From assembly GCA_048213135.1 (NCBI GenBank), contig PS015183.1, positions 21,608 to 60,661 on the forward strand: 39,054 nt of DNA. The letters are read 5' to 3'. This stretch comes from Reclinomonas americana ATCC 50394 (Eukaryota). Of this stretch, positions 13,861 through 25,872 are shown one piece after another; positions within the stretch are counted from its first letter, which is position 1; the number at the start of each line of letters is the position of its first letter. The position numbers and the translations under genes were made by a program. The notes below the pieces were generated by a model. The model had not been told where the DNA came from. It searched no databases and saw only the letters and a program-made list of their open reading frames with translations.

Positions 13861-16255
13861 ATGGTGCGTATTACAGAGGAGATGCTGCGCAAGCGGTCGG
13901 AGCACAATGAGGTGAGTTGTGTGTGTGAAAGAGGGCGGGAAAAGGAAAGAGGCGGGTGATCGTTGTTGACTGACAACTCTCTCTCTCTCAACAGGGTCAA
14001 CTGAGTACTCTGGAGGAGGTGTGTCTTGTGTGTGAGTGTAAGGAGATTGTGCAGATGCTCACACGCAGCTTGCACAGATCACGTTGCATCAGTTCGACAT
14101 TGGTTGGTGATGATCTTCTCTCTCCTCTCCTCTACTCTCTCTTTGTCTCTCTCTCTCCTTCTCTCTTTCCTTCTCACTTCTTTCCTCTCTCCTTCTCTCT
14201 TCTCTCTTCTCTCCTCTCCCCTTCTCTCCTCTTCTCTGTTCTCTCCTGTCTCTCTCTTCTCTCCTTCTCCCTTCTCTCCTGTCTCTCTCTCTTCTCCTTC
14301 TCACTTCTCCACATCACAGAGCGCATTGAGCTGCTGGGCGACTACTGCCGCAAGCTGCGCATTGTGTATCTGCAGAACAATCTCATTCCCAAGATCGAGA
14401 ACCTGCACCACCTGAAAGAGCTGCGATACCTCAACTTGGCCATCAACAACGTGTCGCGCATCGAAGGCCTCGAGCAGAACGAGGCACTGGAGAAGTTGGA
14501 TCTCACGGTGAACTTTGTCGACGATCTGCTCAGCATTGAGTCGCTGCGCGGCAACTACAATCTGCGCGAGATCTACTTGACGGGCAATCCGTGCACGCAG
14601 TACGAGGGCTACCGGGAGTTTGTGATCAATGCGCTGCCGCAGCTGACGGTATGGTCTTTGTGTGCTTGTTTGTGTCTGCGCGGCTCGGATGTTCACCTCG
14701 CGGTGCAGTGGCTCGATGGGCAGGAGATCACGCGTGGTGAGCGGCTGCTGGCCGCACAGAGGCGCGAGGAGGTGCGGGCACGGATTGTGGAGCAGCAGGC
14801 GGTGGCGATTGCGGAGAATCAGGAGAAGGAGCGGCAGGCGGCGGAGAAGATCCGCAAGCAGCGCGAGGACGATGAGGCGCGCATCCAGCGACAACTCGAG
14901 CAGCAGAGGGCGGCCGCTGGCGAGGGTGAAGGTGTGTGTGTGTGTGTGTGCATGTGAGAAAGAGAAAGAGTGGATTGGGCGTCGAGGGATTCATGTGGTG
15001 ATGTGCACAGGATCGTCAAGTGGGGCGGCGCCTGCGGAACCAGTGGAAACCGATCCGTGGGCACTGGCCGTCGACGCCAGCAAGGAACACACGTACGGTC
15101 ACTCGCGAACGGAGCGTGTGGCCATCTACAGCGAGATTGAGGAGCTGCGACAAAAGGCTGGTGCGTCGCGCACTGTGGATCCGAATGGACTGACGGAGAC
15201 TGAGCGAGTTGCGTGATTGTGCCTTCTTTTCTTGTTGTTGCTGTGTGCTGACCCAGTGGATGCACAGGCGGGCAAGGCACCGAAACGTNNNNNNNNNNNN
15301 NNNNNNNNNNNNNNNNNNNNNNNNNNNNNNNNNNNNNNNNNNNNNNNNNNNNNNNNNNNNNNNNNNNNNNNNNNNNNNNNNNNNNNNNNNNNNNNNNNNN
15401 NNNNNNNNNNNNNNNNNNNNNNNNNNNNNNNNNNNNNNNNNNNNNNNNNNNNNNNNNNNNNNNNNNNNNNNNNNNNNNNNNNNNNNNNNNNNNNNNNNNN
15501 NNNNNNNNNNNNNNNNNNNNNNNNNNNNNNNNNNNNNNNNNNNNNNNNNNNNNNNNNNNNNNNNNNNNNNNNNNNNNNNNNNNNNNNNNNNNNNNNNNNN
15601 NNNNNNNNNNNNNNNNNNNNNNNNNNNNNNNNNNNNNNNNNNNNNNNNNNNNNNNNNNNNNNNNNNNNNNNNNNNNNNNNNNNNNNNNNNNNNNNNNNNN
15701 NNNNNNNNNNNNNNNNNNNNNNNNNNNNNNNNNNNNNNNNNNNNNNNNNNNNNNNNNNNNNNNNNNNNNNNNNNNNNNNNNNNNNNNNNNNNNNNNNNNN
15801 NNNNNNNNNNNNNNNNNNNNNNNNNNNNNNNNNNNNNNNNNNNNNNNNNNNNNNNNNNNNNNNNNNNNNNNNNNNNNNNNNNNNNNNNNNNNNNNNNNNN
15901 NNNNNNNNNNNNNNNNNNNNNNNNNNNNNNNNNNNNNNNNNNNNNNNNNNNNNNNNNNNNNNNNNNNNNNNNNNNNNNNNNNNNNNNNNNTCGCCAGTGG
16001 CAGAAGCAAATGGAGGCCGACATGGAGGAGACGGGTGACGGCCCTTATCTCTCTGACGAGGAGGGCGCCGATGATGACGATGATGTGGATGCAGAGAAGA
16101 GGTCAACTGGGGAATCCGCAGCCGCCGCCGCCTCTGCACCTCCACCACCCAAGCCACGAGAGAGTGTGGACTATCGCACAATCGTACGCGGTGGCAGCGG
16201 ATCAGTGGCGGCGTCAACACCCGCGATGCAAGAGCGCGAGACTCGACGACTATAA
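13861..16255 (+). CDS. LRRC6: Dynein axonemal assembly factor 11 (LRRC6/tilB/Seahorse), multi-exon, interrupted by an N-gap
   Basis: Spliced N-terminus MVRITEEMLRKRSEHNE|GQLSTLEE|ITLHQFDI|ERIELLGDYCRKLRIVYLQNNLIPKIENL. LRRs include YLNLAINNV and EKLDLTVNFV, followed by the LRR cap LTGNPCTQYEGYREFVINALPQL|WLDGQEI. The 3' end after the gap is less certain. Confidence 0.92.
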
Positions 16256-16373
16256 TAATGTGGATGGCGATGATGGAGTGAATGGTGCCAGTCGCTCTTC
16301 TCTTCCTTTTCCGGTGTGGATATACTGTGTGCTTCCTTGTCTCTTCTCTTGCTTGTGGTGACGGGTGGGGTCT

Positions 16374-19300
16374 TCAACTGTCGTCAAAGTTGAAGGCGCC
16401 CTCCTCGAACAACTCATCCAGGTCGTCGTCCACCACGCGCTTGCCGGCCAGTTTGTTGGAGCGCGGAGTGCGCTGCGAGGCCTGCGCGGACAAATGAGGT
16501 GAGTGGGCAAACGACAGCATCGATGGTGGGGAAACGAACCGAAATGTCGCTGCTGGTGGCGTTCTTGGCGGAACCGGCGCGGAACTTGTTGCCGGCGGCC
16601 ACCCGAGCGACTGGCATCTGCGCCACGGTGGTGACACGAGTGCGCTTCTCCTCGACGCGCTTGTGGACCACGGCATTGCCGCGATCGGCGGACGTCGTGG
16701 TCTTGGTGGTGGTTGTCGTGGTCTTGGTGTGCTGCACATCGTCGGAGCTGAAGACAGAGAACTCGGACGATCCCGACGAGGGCTATTACGTGCACAGAGA
16801 AGGAGCAAGTGAGTCACGGGTGCGCACAAACGAGGTGCGCACTTGCGCGAACCGTGTGGGAGCCCTGCGTGGACGACTTGTACGGCTGGGACTGCTTCGC
16901 ACGCAGCTCCGCCACCTGGGCGTCCTGTGCTCACACGCGTGTTGGATAAAGGCGATACAGGGGACGACAGCGACTGGATAATCCACACTCTCACCAGCAA
17001 CTCCGCTTCGCGAGCATACTTGGAGACCAGCTGTGCAACGGTGTCGTTGTAACGCTGCTCAAGCTCCTTGAGCATGGCCTCCTTCTCCATGGCAGCCTCC
17101 AACGCCTGCTGCTTGCTCTCCAGGTCGCTGGCGTGCTTGCGAGAGGCTTGATCGAGTTCCTGCAACACGACGTGTGCGATTGAGATAGGGTGGATTCAGA
17201 GTCAGCGGCGTATAAGGCGAGCAACAGACCTTGGCGTTGCGTTCGGCGGCCAGGCGCAGCTCGTCGCTCATCAGCTGCTTGATGTGCCCATTCTCCTTCT
17301 CGATGCGCTCAATCTCGCACATCACAGCCTCCAGCTGACAGTGAGTGTCAGCCGATGTCTCGTCGCCCAGGCTGCGCATGGAAGCGGCTCGCATCTCCAG
17401 ATCGGCCACACGTCTCGTGGCCATCTCCACTGCCGCAGTAGCACGTACGAGGTCGTCGCGCAGGGTGCGAGCGTCGGCCATGCCCTGCGAGGCATACAGA
17501 GATCAGAAGGGGGAAAAGCATATGTATCCATCACCCGTGGCGACTAACCTTGGCGACATCCATGTCGAACGACTCCCGCTGTGCCTTGGCTCGATGCAGA
17601 GCATCGCGGTGCGACTTCAAGTCGTTGACGGCCTCGCTCAACGAGCTGTGCCGACAGCACGTAAGCTCACCAGACAGCAGGAGCGGGAAGAGATACTAAT
17701 CACACACCCCTCATGCACGTCACACTCGGCCTGATGCCGCGCCATCATGGCGTCCTCGTCGGCCATCAGCTGCTGGCTGATCTCGCGATTCTCGTGCAGC
17801 TGGACGCGCACCTGCGCCGCCAGAGTGGCCTCCATTTCGTCCACCTGAGCACGCAGCTGCTGTGCGGTACAGGCCGACTGCGCGGCGTTGCCGCGTGCCT
17901 GTTCCACCTCGCCGCGAATGGCCTCGTCCTCCACTTGCAGCGTCGCTCTCACACCTGCAGAACGATGAATGAAAAAGATGTGCAAAACAGCCACCCATCC
18001 AGCAGCACGAAACTCTCCGCGGCCTCCAGCAGCTGCCGTTCCTGCTCCTGCACCGTGGCCCATTGCTGACTGGCTTCTCGCACCGCTTGATCGCGTTCGA
18101 GGCACTCGGCCTGCAGCGCACGCACCAACGCGCGATGCTTGTCGGTGGACTCGATGAGACTCGCCTCGGCAACGGTCGCCTCTTGCTCCACGCGCTGCAT
18201 GTGCTCGTACAGCCCCACGAGCAGTGCGCTCTCGCACTCCAGTTGGCTCTGCATGCCGGCAATGTGCTCCTGTGCCGAGTGCTCTCGCTGACGGAGCGAC
18301 AACACCTGGCTTTCACTCGTCGCCAGCGACAATCGACAAGCCTGCGACGGAGCGACGTGGAAAGTGACGTGTGTGTGTGTGTGTGGGTGGATGAACAGTC
18401 AATGGCGGCGTACAGACCTCCACAGTTTCCGCGGTCTGCTGCACTTGCGCAGTGAGTTCGGCGGTGGAGCTCTCGAGCGTGCCGCTGTCGGCAGTGAGGC
18501 GCTCCAGTTCGCCCTCGGCTGCCTCGACCTCGCCTTGCATGGCGTGCGACTCATCGCGCAGGCTGGCGAGCTGTGCCTGCAGCTGCTCAATGTCGTCGCG
18601 CTGTGCGGTCAGCGTCTCCGACAGTCCTTGCTGTCGGAGAATCTCTGCGCGGCACAGTGGTGAGTGACTGACCGGCAAGCATGGAAAGACGCCGTCGCAC
18701 CCTTTTGATTCTTCTCGCGGCCCAAACGGATGCTCTCCTCGAGATCGGAGCGGCGCAGTTCAGTGGCATGATACTGCTCCTCGAGGTTCAGAAAGTGCTC
18801 GTTGACGAACGCGCTGTACTGCTCGTCTGCGATGGGCAATCAGAAACCACCAGAACGCTTGTGGCGAGAACGGGAAAAAACGGACGCAACGAAGCTGCAT
18901 GCCCAGCAAGAAGTCTTCGACAACGACACGCAGCTCCTCCGCCGCCTCGTTCTGCACGGCAATCATGGCTTCGACTTCGGCCATGGCGTTGCGCTCTGCG
19001 TGGGCACGCGAGTGAGACATGTGAATGAAGAAGAAGAGAAGAGAGGAAGAAAGGAAGAAGGAAGAAAGTGCACGAGAGAGAGAGAACCAACTCCATGGTG
19101 AGGATACAATCGACACACACGCGTACCTTCCTTCTCCACCACAGCAAGGAGGCACTGCTCGGTGCGGAGACGCTCCTCGACTGCCACCAACTGCCGCGCC
19201 TCATCCGCCAGCTCAACAGCGACAGCCTCCTGCAAGCAATGTGAGACTCCCTCCTCTTGTGCTTCTGTGCTCGCACTTGCCTTTTTCTGCGCAAGCTCCG

Positions 19301-19602
19301 AGGCCTTGCGTTGCTGCACCTGCAAGTGACCTGCATGACAAGAAACTGTCAGAGACGAAGACACAGAGAGAGAGAGAGAGGAATAAAAGTTGAACGAAAC
19401 GCGCAGTGGCCCGCAGTGACTCGAAGCGAGACGATGGCTTGGTGCGCGCAGGTGCCAGTGATGCAGCAGCAGCAGAGAGCCCAGTTGAAGTGCGATTAGT
19501 GACATCGCGCAAAGGTTGTTGCACTTGACCTTTGCCAGTGGCCACACGCACTCCTCCTCCACTGCCACTGCCACTCATCGCCGACGCAGTGCCAGCAGAC
19601 AT
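16374..19602 (-). CDS. Long coiled-coil protein with a basic S/T-rich tail and acidic-aromatic C-terminus, multi-exon
   Basis: ATG 19602 (MSAGTASAMSG...PLRDVTN). Successive E/Q/L/A-rich heptad exons are separated by short introns. The protein ends DDDLDELFEEGAFNFDDS-stop at 16374. Confidence 0.75.
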
Positions 19603-19736
19603 TGTCACCCTCAAACGCGCTCACTCTCTCTCTCTCTCTCGCTCACTTCAAGTGCGTGTGACAATACAAAAAGAATGCGCGATGCTCGCGCGCGCGTAAC
19701 TGTCTACTCGCATTCACTGTCCTCCATAAGAGTCAC

Positions 19737-21324
19737 TCACTTTTCTTCTGGTCGCACAACGACGGCCGGAGTCTGCTGCCGCGCTGGTGGATGCGCGCGT
19801 GTCGACGGTGGCGAGATGATATCCCACATGTTGGCCCATATGGAACCGCGGTCGTAGAAATTGCGAACTTCCACCTCGTTCCACACTCGTTCCAGTTCCT
19901 CTTCGGTGACGGTCTCGTCGTTGAGGTTGATTGCGGCCGCTGATTGAGAGCCGGCTCCACGTTGCTTGATGTGGCCGCTGGAAGAGGCGGGATTGGACGG
20001 GGTGCAACCGGGCGGCTCCTTGGCACCGCGCTTCGACTTGTCCTTTTTCTGTTGCTTGGCAGTCGACGTCTTCTTGTCGTCGACAATGCCGCCGGCGAGA
20101 CGCAGCTGCCTCCGGCGACGGTAGTAATCGGCGGTGGAGTGAATGTCTTGCCACTTGAATGACTCGGCGGTGGTCATGTTGCGCGACATGAGGTACTTTG
20201 CAGAAATGGAGAAGTGAGCAACAAATGGTTGCATGCACGTTGCCACCACGAAGACGCACCAGGTGGTACACAGTGAACCACAACAGGAACCCGACAAACA
20301 CCGCGGAGAGGATGAAGAGGAACACCAGTGCCGAGTAGTAGCTCATCAGGTACTGAGCGGGAAAGCATGAGCGAGAAGCGTGCGCAGGGGTGAGCACGAG
20401 CTGCACACCTGCAGAATGGTCCAGTGCGTGGGCCAGTACATCTCCTCGGTCTCATACACCACAAACTGGCGGTTGTACAGATCCTGCGAGGTGACAATGT
20501 GCAGCGCGGTGGCCAGCGCCGTGTACATGCCGTACGACACCATGGCGAGGTTGACAAAGAGGAACGCCATAAAGTGGCGATAGTTGAGCTCGCCAATGTC
20601 GGTGTTGAGCCACACACAGTGGTGATCCATGCGCTGCGACACGCGCGTGTGAGCGGTGGAGAGAGACACAACAAACAAAGGAAGAGTTGTCTGCCACACG
20701 CAACTGCAACACACTGATTGCACACGGAGCAGTGCTTGGAGCGCGCGGGTCGCTCAAACTTGCACGTGCCACACGTCTTCTCCACGTACAACAGCTGATC
20801 GAGCTCATATGCTGCCGCGTACTTGGCCACATTCCGCTTGGTGATCACTCCCGGGTCGGCAAACGAGGCCCACACAAACATGGCCAGTGACGCGCCAACA
20901 ACCACCATACCACCATACCTTCACGAGAGAGAGACACACACACAGGGTGAGCGTCTTGCTTGCCTGTGTGTATGTGTGTGGCGACTCACTGATGCGCCTC
21001 TGAGAGGTACTCGTGTGGCAACTCGGCGGCGACTGTGTCCTCGAAAAAGTAGAGGCCCGTGAGCAGCAGCAGCACGTAGAGGATCTGCACGAGTGGGTTG
21101 GGCGTGCGAGTCACGTAGTGCTGCAGGCGGTGCCAGAGAGTGCGCGGTGGGGCATCGTCGCCTGTGACTTGTGATCGGCGTGTGCAGTCGAGCTTTTGCA
21201 GGAGGGCTTCGCGGGTGCGGCCGACCCAGGTGTTCTGCAGAGCGGGTGTGTTGCCGCAGCCGCAGACGAGGAGGAGGAAGCCGCCGGTGGCGGTGTAGAG
21301 GGTGAGGATGATGGCGGGCCACAT
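19737..21324 (-). CDS. DHHC protein S-acyltransferase (SWF1/ZDHHC4-like), multi-exon
   Basis: DPG motif (FADPGVIT); cysteine-rich domain CGTCKFERPARSKHCSVCNQCV..MDHHCVWLNTDIGELNYRHF; TTxE motif (NMTTAESFKW); NFYDRG..AN motif; several hydrophobic TM segments. Start at ATG 21324 (MWPAIIL). Confidence 0.93.
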
Positions 21325-21396
21325 GAAGTAGAGAAGGGAGAGGTGAGAAAGTCCTGTCCGCCTATGTTTCGTTTGCAAACTAAACAGACGCGGACG
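21325..21396. promoter_or_regulatory. Putative bidirectional promoter between the DHHC gene and NLR-like copy 1
   Basis: Only 72 bp between the predicted divergent start codons (21324 on minus, 21397 on plus). Confidence 0.5.
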
Positions 21397-24300
21397 ATGG
21401 CGTTGCTGACAGACGAGGAGTTGCGTATGAGCTCACACCTCCTACTTCTCCACACTCCTCTCACTTGCGCTGTGCCCCAGATCGAACTACGTGCGCGCCA
21501 TGAAAGTTATGCACGGCGTGGCTGCTCGTGCGCTGCGTGCACTGGTGGACCAAGAGCTGCCTGTGTTTGTGCGACGATGCGCGGAGGAGACGGAGGCGTC
21601 GGGAGCGGGGAAGGTGGAGTTGATGAGAGAGTGGATGAAGAAGCAGGTCACCAAACGAGATGCGCGGTGTGTCTTGTCTGACTTCCGCTCTTCTCCTTGG
21701 CCTCCATGCTGATGCCGGGCGTCGCACAGCACTGCGCCAGCGGGATCAGACCGTGAGCGAGTGTTGTGCTATGACTCGTCGTGTGCTGCCATGGACGAGT
21801 GGCAGCGTGCGTTTGACGCTGGCGAGCCAGCTCCCTCGTGCCAGGCGTTTGACATTACGTGGCTCACGTCGGTGTTGCTGAACGCACGCTGGGCGCTGCG
21901 GGTGGACGCCGCTGCGCACGAGGTACGACATCTGATCTCCGACGCAGCGCAGGTGTGCGGATAAGTGCATGCTTTCCTCCCTCTCTCTCTCTCTCATCCC
22001 TCGCTGCAGCGCGAGGCGATCGGCGGCCTGCGTGAGTTGCGCAATGAGCTCATGCACACAACAAACATGCGGCTCTCTGCAGAGAGACTGCTCCAACTAC
22101 TGGGAGACGAGGGCAAGGATGGACAAGTCGCTGTGCTGTTGCAACAAGCTGGCGTTCCGCAGCTGGACAACTTCTTGCGAGAGATTGATGCCATTCGTCG
22201 CGGTGCGTGTGAGCAACAGCGTGCATGCATGTGTGTGACGAGAGCGATGCTCATCACTATTGTTTGTTGTTGCCTCACTTGCAGCCGCGGAGCCGGTGGG
22301 TAACCCACTCACCTTCTGCAACGTGGGTCAGCTGGAAGGGTTCCCGTTTCCCAGTCGTGTAGTCGAGGCCGAGCGACTCGCCGAGCGACTGCTGGAGTGT
22401 GATGCTGGTGAATAGATGTGGTTTTTCGTTTCCTCATTCTCTCTCTCGCACTCATCCGCCCTTTCCATCTCTTCCCTCGTAGGTGACACACCCGGAATCA
22501 TTGTGCTCTCTGGTGAAGGAGGAAGCGGGAAGACCACACTGGCGGAGCTAGTGGTGTCGGAGATGGAGCGTAGGAAGTGGCGCGGCTCGGCTATGTACTC
22601 AGATATGCGCGGTCACACTGCCGATGCTCGTCACTTCACGTCGGTGAGTGAGGAATGAGTGGATTTTTGTGTGCAATAGGTGTGTTGTTAATCGTGGTGA
22701 TGCAGACAATGGAGGTGCTCGGGAACGGACTGCGGGGATTCGCGCACGCCATGATGCCGGTGCAGTCGAATGCACAGCTGCTGGCCCAGATTGATGCGTG
22801 GGAGCGGAGCGAAGATGTGGATGCGCTGCGCAGCCGTTTTAGTGACTTGATGCATGACAGTCACGGCGTGCTGTTGCTTGACAATGTCGGCAGTGGAGAC
22901 CAAGTGCTGGCAGTTCTGCGAGCGGCAGGCGCGCGCAGTCGAGTTCGTTCAGGTGTGTGCGTGTATGGGTGAGCTGAGTAGATCTTCCACTGGCTCACTA
23001 TCGCGTCTGCTGAGTACAGGCATGACCGCACCAATGACAATCGTGACCACTCGATTCAGTCGAGTAGCAGAGCAGCTGAAGCAATCGCCGCTGCTGAGCT
23101 CGTTGACGGTGTTGCATGTGGCCGTGGGTGATGTGGAACTGGAGGATGTGGCCAAGTATGTGCGTCAGCAAATCGATGCACCGGAGGAGATCTGTGATGA
23201 GGTCACACAAGCGACGGTAGCGAAGCCGCAGGCATTTCGTGTTGCCATGTGTATGAGGTACGCTCTCGCGCATAGCGCTTCTCTCACCGCTTAACGAGTG
23301 ACTGGGGGATGGCACACGCAGTATGCTTGGACGTGAGTCGCTGGAAACACTTGCTGGTGATGAGTTGCATGGACGACTGGCCGCGACTCGAGCGCTCGCA
23401 CTGGAGGAGCTAATGAGCAAGAATTTGGCGGAGTGTTCGCCGCTGATGCGACGTGTGCTGGTGCTGGTGGCGGCTTTGCAGCAGATGCGCGTGCATGCCA
23501 CTAGTCGTATGGTGTCACTGCTGATTCGGGAGATCGGTTTTGGCGAAGCTTCTTCGACCGTCCAGTTGACGGAAGAGGTTGCTGGCGGAGGCAGTAGGGA
23601 GGACGATATGCATGACGAGAGAGTTCTAGAAGCATTGGAGCGGCTTCGTCGGTCAATGATGTTGCAGGCCAGGGTGTCACATTCGTGTGATGCGCTGTGC
23701 CAAATGATTCCCGGTGGTGACTTTGCGGGCTCGCCCTCGAGGGTGGAGTACGGAGTTCACGACCTCGTGATGGAGTGGCTCGTTACGGAAGAGCGAGAGG
23801 GTGAGCTCCTCGAGTGGAGAGATGTTGTCTCTACCATGGTGCTGAGTGGTCTAACTCGCTTCGCTAACAGCGAGATTAGCGACGCGGCACTTGCCGACAT
23901 TCGTCCATGTTTGCAAGTGTTGTGGAGTATTTTGTTGCCAATTATGACACGTACATGGATTTGCGGCACAGTGCCAGTTGAGGTGCTTGAATTGTGGCTC
24001 GATGGTGTGCGTGTGCTTACTCAACTTGTGGAGAGACGACTTCCAGTCGGCGAGTTTGAACCAGCGGTGGCGGTGGAATGTGCTGGGTGGCTGCGCACAC
24101 AATCCATTGACGAAGGCGATCGGAGTTTGCTGCACGTGAGGGCACTTTGTGTGGCAGGATTGTTGATAAGCGCGCGTCGCGACAGTCACGCGGCCGAGTA
24201 TTTGGAGGGGTATCTGACGACAATCAACCCCACGGATGATGTAGAAATGGTAGCAGTAATCCGACTTCAGTATGCAGACTGTCTGCAGAGAACGGGCAGA

Positions 24301-25614
24301 TTTACCGAAGCAGAGCAAGCGTTTCGGGCGGAGTTGGCGTCAACGAGGGAGGTGCTTGGTGACACGCATCACTACACGCGCGTTTCCATAAACAATCTTG
24401 CGCTGTGCATCCAGGCAAACGGTAAACTCTCCGAGGCTGAACGGTTGTTTCTAGAGGTGCTGGCACTTAGTCGTGAGGTGTATGGTGACAGGCATCCAGA
24501 CACGCTGTTGACCATGAACAATCTCGCCTCGTGCATTCAGGCGAGTGGCAATCTCGCCAAAGCTGAGCGGCTGTATCGGGAGGTGCTGGAGCTGCAGCGT
24601 GAGGTGCTTGGGGCATTGCATCCAGACACACTGTTGTCCATGAACAATCTCGCCTTGTGCATCCATAAGAGCGGCAATCTCTCCGAAGCCGAGCGACTGC
24701 ATCGAGAGGTGTTGGCGTTGAAGCGCGAGGTGCATGGCGACAAGCACCCAGACACGCTTGCGTGCATGAACAATCTCGCCATGTGTATCCAGGAGAGTGG
24801 GAACCTCGCTGAGGCCGAGCGACTGCATCGGGAGGTGTTGGCGTTGCAGCGTGAGGTGCTTGGTGACCGACATGCAGACACGCTGAGGTTTGTGAACAAT
24901 CTCGCCGTGTGCATCCAGGAGAGTGGGAACCTCGCTGAGGCCGAGCGACTATACCGGGAGGTGTTGGCGTTGCAGCGTGAAGTGCTTGGTGAAAGGCATC
25001 CACTCACGCTGCTGTCCATGAACAATCTCGCCATGTGCATCAAGGACAGCGGCAATCTCGCCGAAGCCGAGCGACTTCATCGAGAGGTGTTGGCGTTGCA
25101 GCGAGAGGTGCTGGGTGACAGGCATCCAGATACGCTGACGTCCATGAACAATCTCGCCTTGTGCATTCAGGCGAGCGGCAATCTCGTCGAAGCCGAGCGA
25201 TTGCATCGGGAGTTATTCACGTTGATGCGTGAGGTGCACGGTGACAGACATCCACTCACGCTAGCGTCCATGAACAATCTCGCCATGTGCATTCAGGCGA
25301 GCGGCAATCTCGTCGAAGCCGAGCGATTGCTTCGGGAGGTGTTGGCGTTGCAGCGTGAGGTGCTTGGCGACAGGCATCCACACACGCTGATGACCATGAA
25401 CAATCTCGCCTTGTGCATCAATGAGAGTGGGGACCTCGCCGAAGCCGAGCGACTTTATCGGGAGGTGTTGGCGTTGCGGCGTGAAGTGCTTGGTGACGCG
25501 CACCCAGGCACACAGGTGTCGGTCAATAATCTTCGCACAATTGAGCAACAGCAGCGAGCTCGAGTGTCACAAGGGTGCTCTCTTACACGTACCCGCACGT
25601 GCGTTTTCCTGTAA
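21397..25614 (+). CDS. NLR-like protein copy 1: HEPN - NB-ARC/STAND ATPase - helical/winged helix - ~10 x 42-aa TPR - CaaX
   Basis: Predicted exons include 21397-21419, 21481-21666, 21730-21952, 22010-22202 and a last exon 23322-25614. Translation: MALLTDEESNYVRAMKVMHGVAARALR...QAFDITWLTSVLLN...LRELRNELMH. Walker A GEGGSGKTT (22512-22538), Walker B GVLLLDNV, TIVTTR, GVHDLV. TPR consensus MNNLAxCIxxSGNLxEAERLxREVLALxREVLGDRHPDTLxS. C-terminus CVFL. Confidence 0.9.
24262..25530 (+). repeat. Coding tandem array of ~10 x 126-bp TPR units
   Basis: atgaacaatctcgcc recurs at a 126-bp period (e.g. 24514, 24640, 24766, 25018, 25144, 25270, 25396). Confidence 0.95.
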
Positions 25615-25872
25615 GTTTGGCCCAGTGAATAACTCTATCGCTCTGAAGCGCTGCTGTATATATAATGTACACTTGCAAGCTTGACTTTACGTGAAGTGTT
25701 TGTTTAGTATATTTCCCAAGTCCATAATCATTAACGCATTCTGCACAGCTGGCGTGCTATCAACAAGCAGACAAGCAGACCAGGAGCGTCTTGTCCTGCT
25801 GGCTTGTTTTTCAGCAAATCTGGCGCTGCGTAGTCAGACGGACAGCTGCTGTCAACTTGATAGAATTCGCTC

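Noticed and set aside
12157-16255. Long ORFs running through N-gaps and microsatellites (also 30478-33079 and 36630-38348)
   Set aside because: Artefacts of translating N runs and simple repeats (HTHT, SLSL, THSL).
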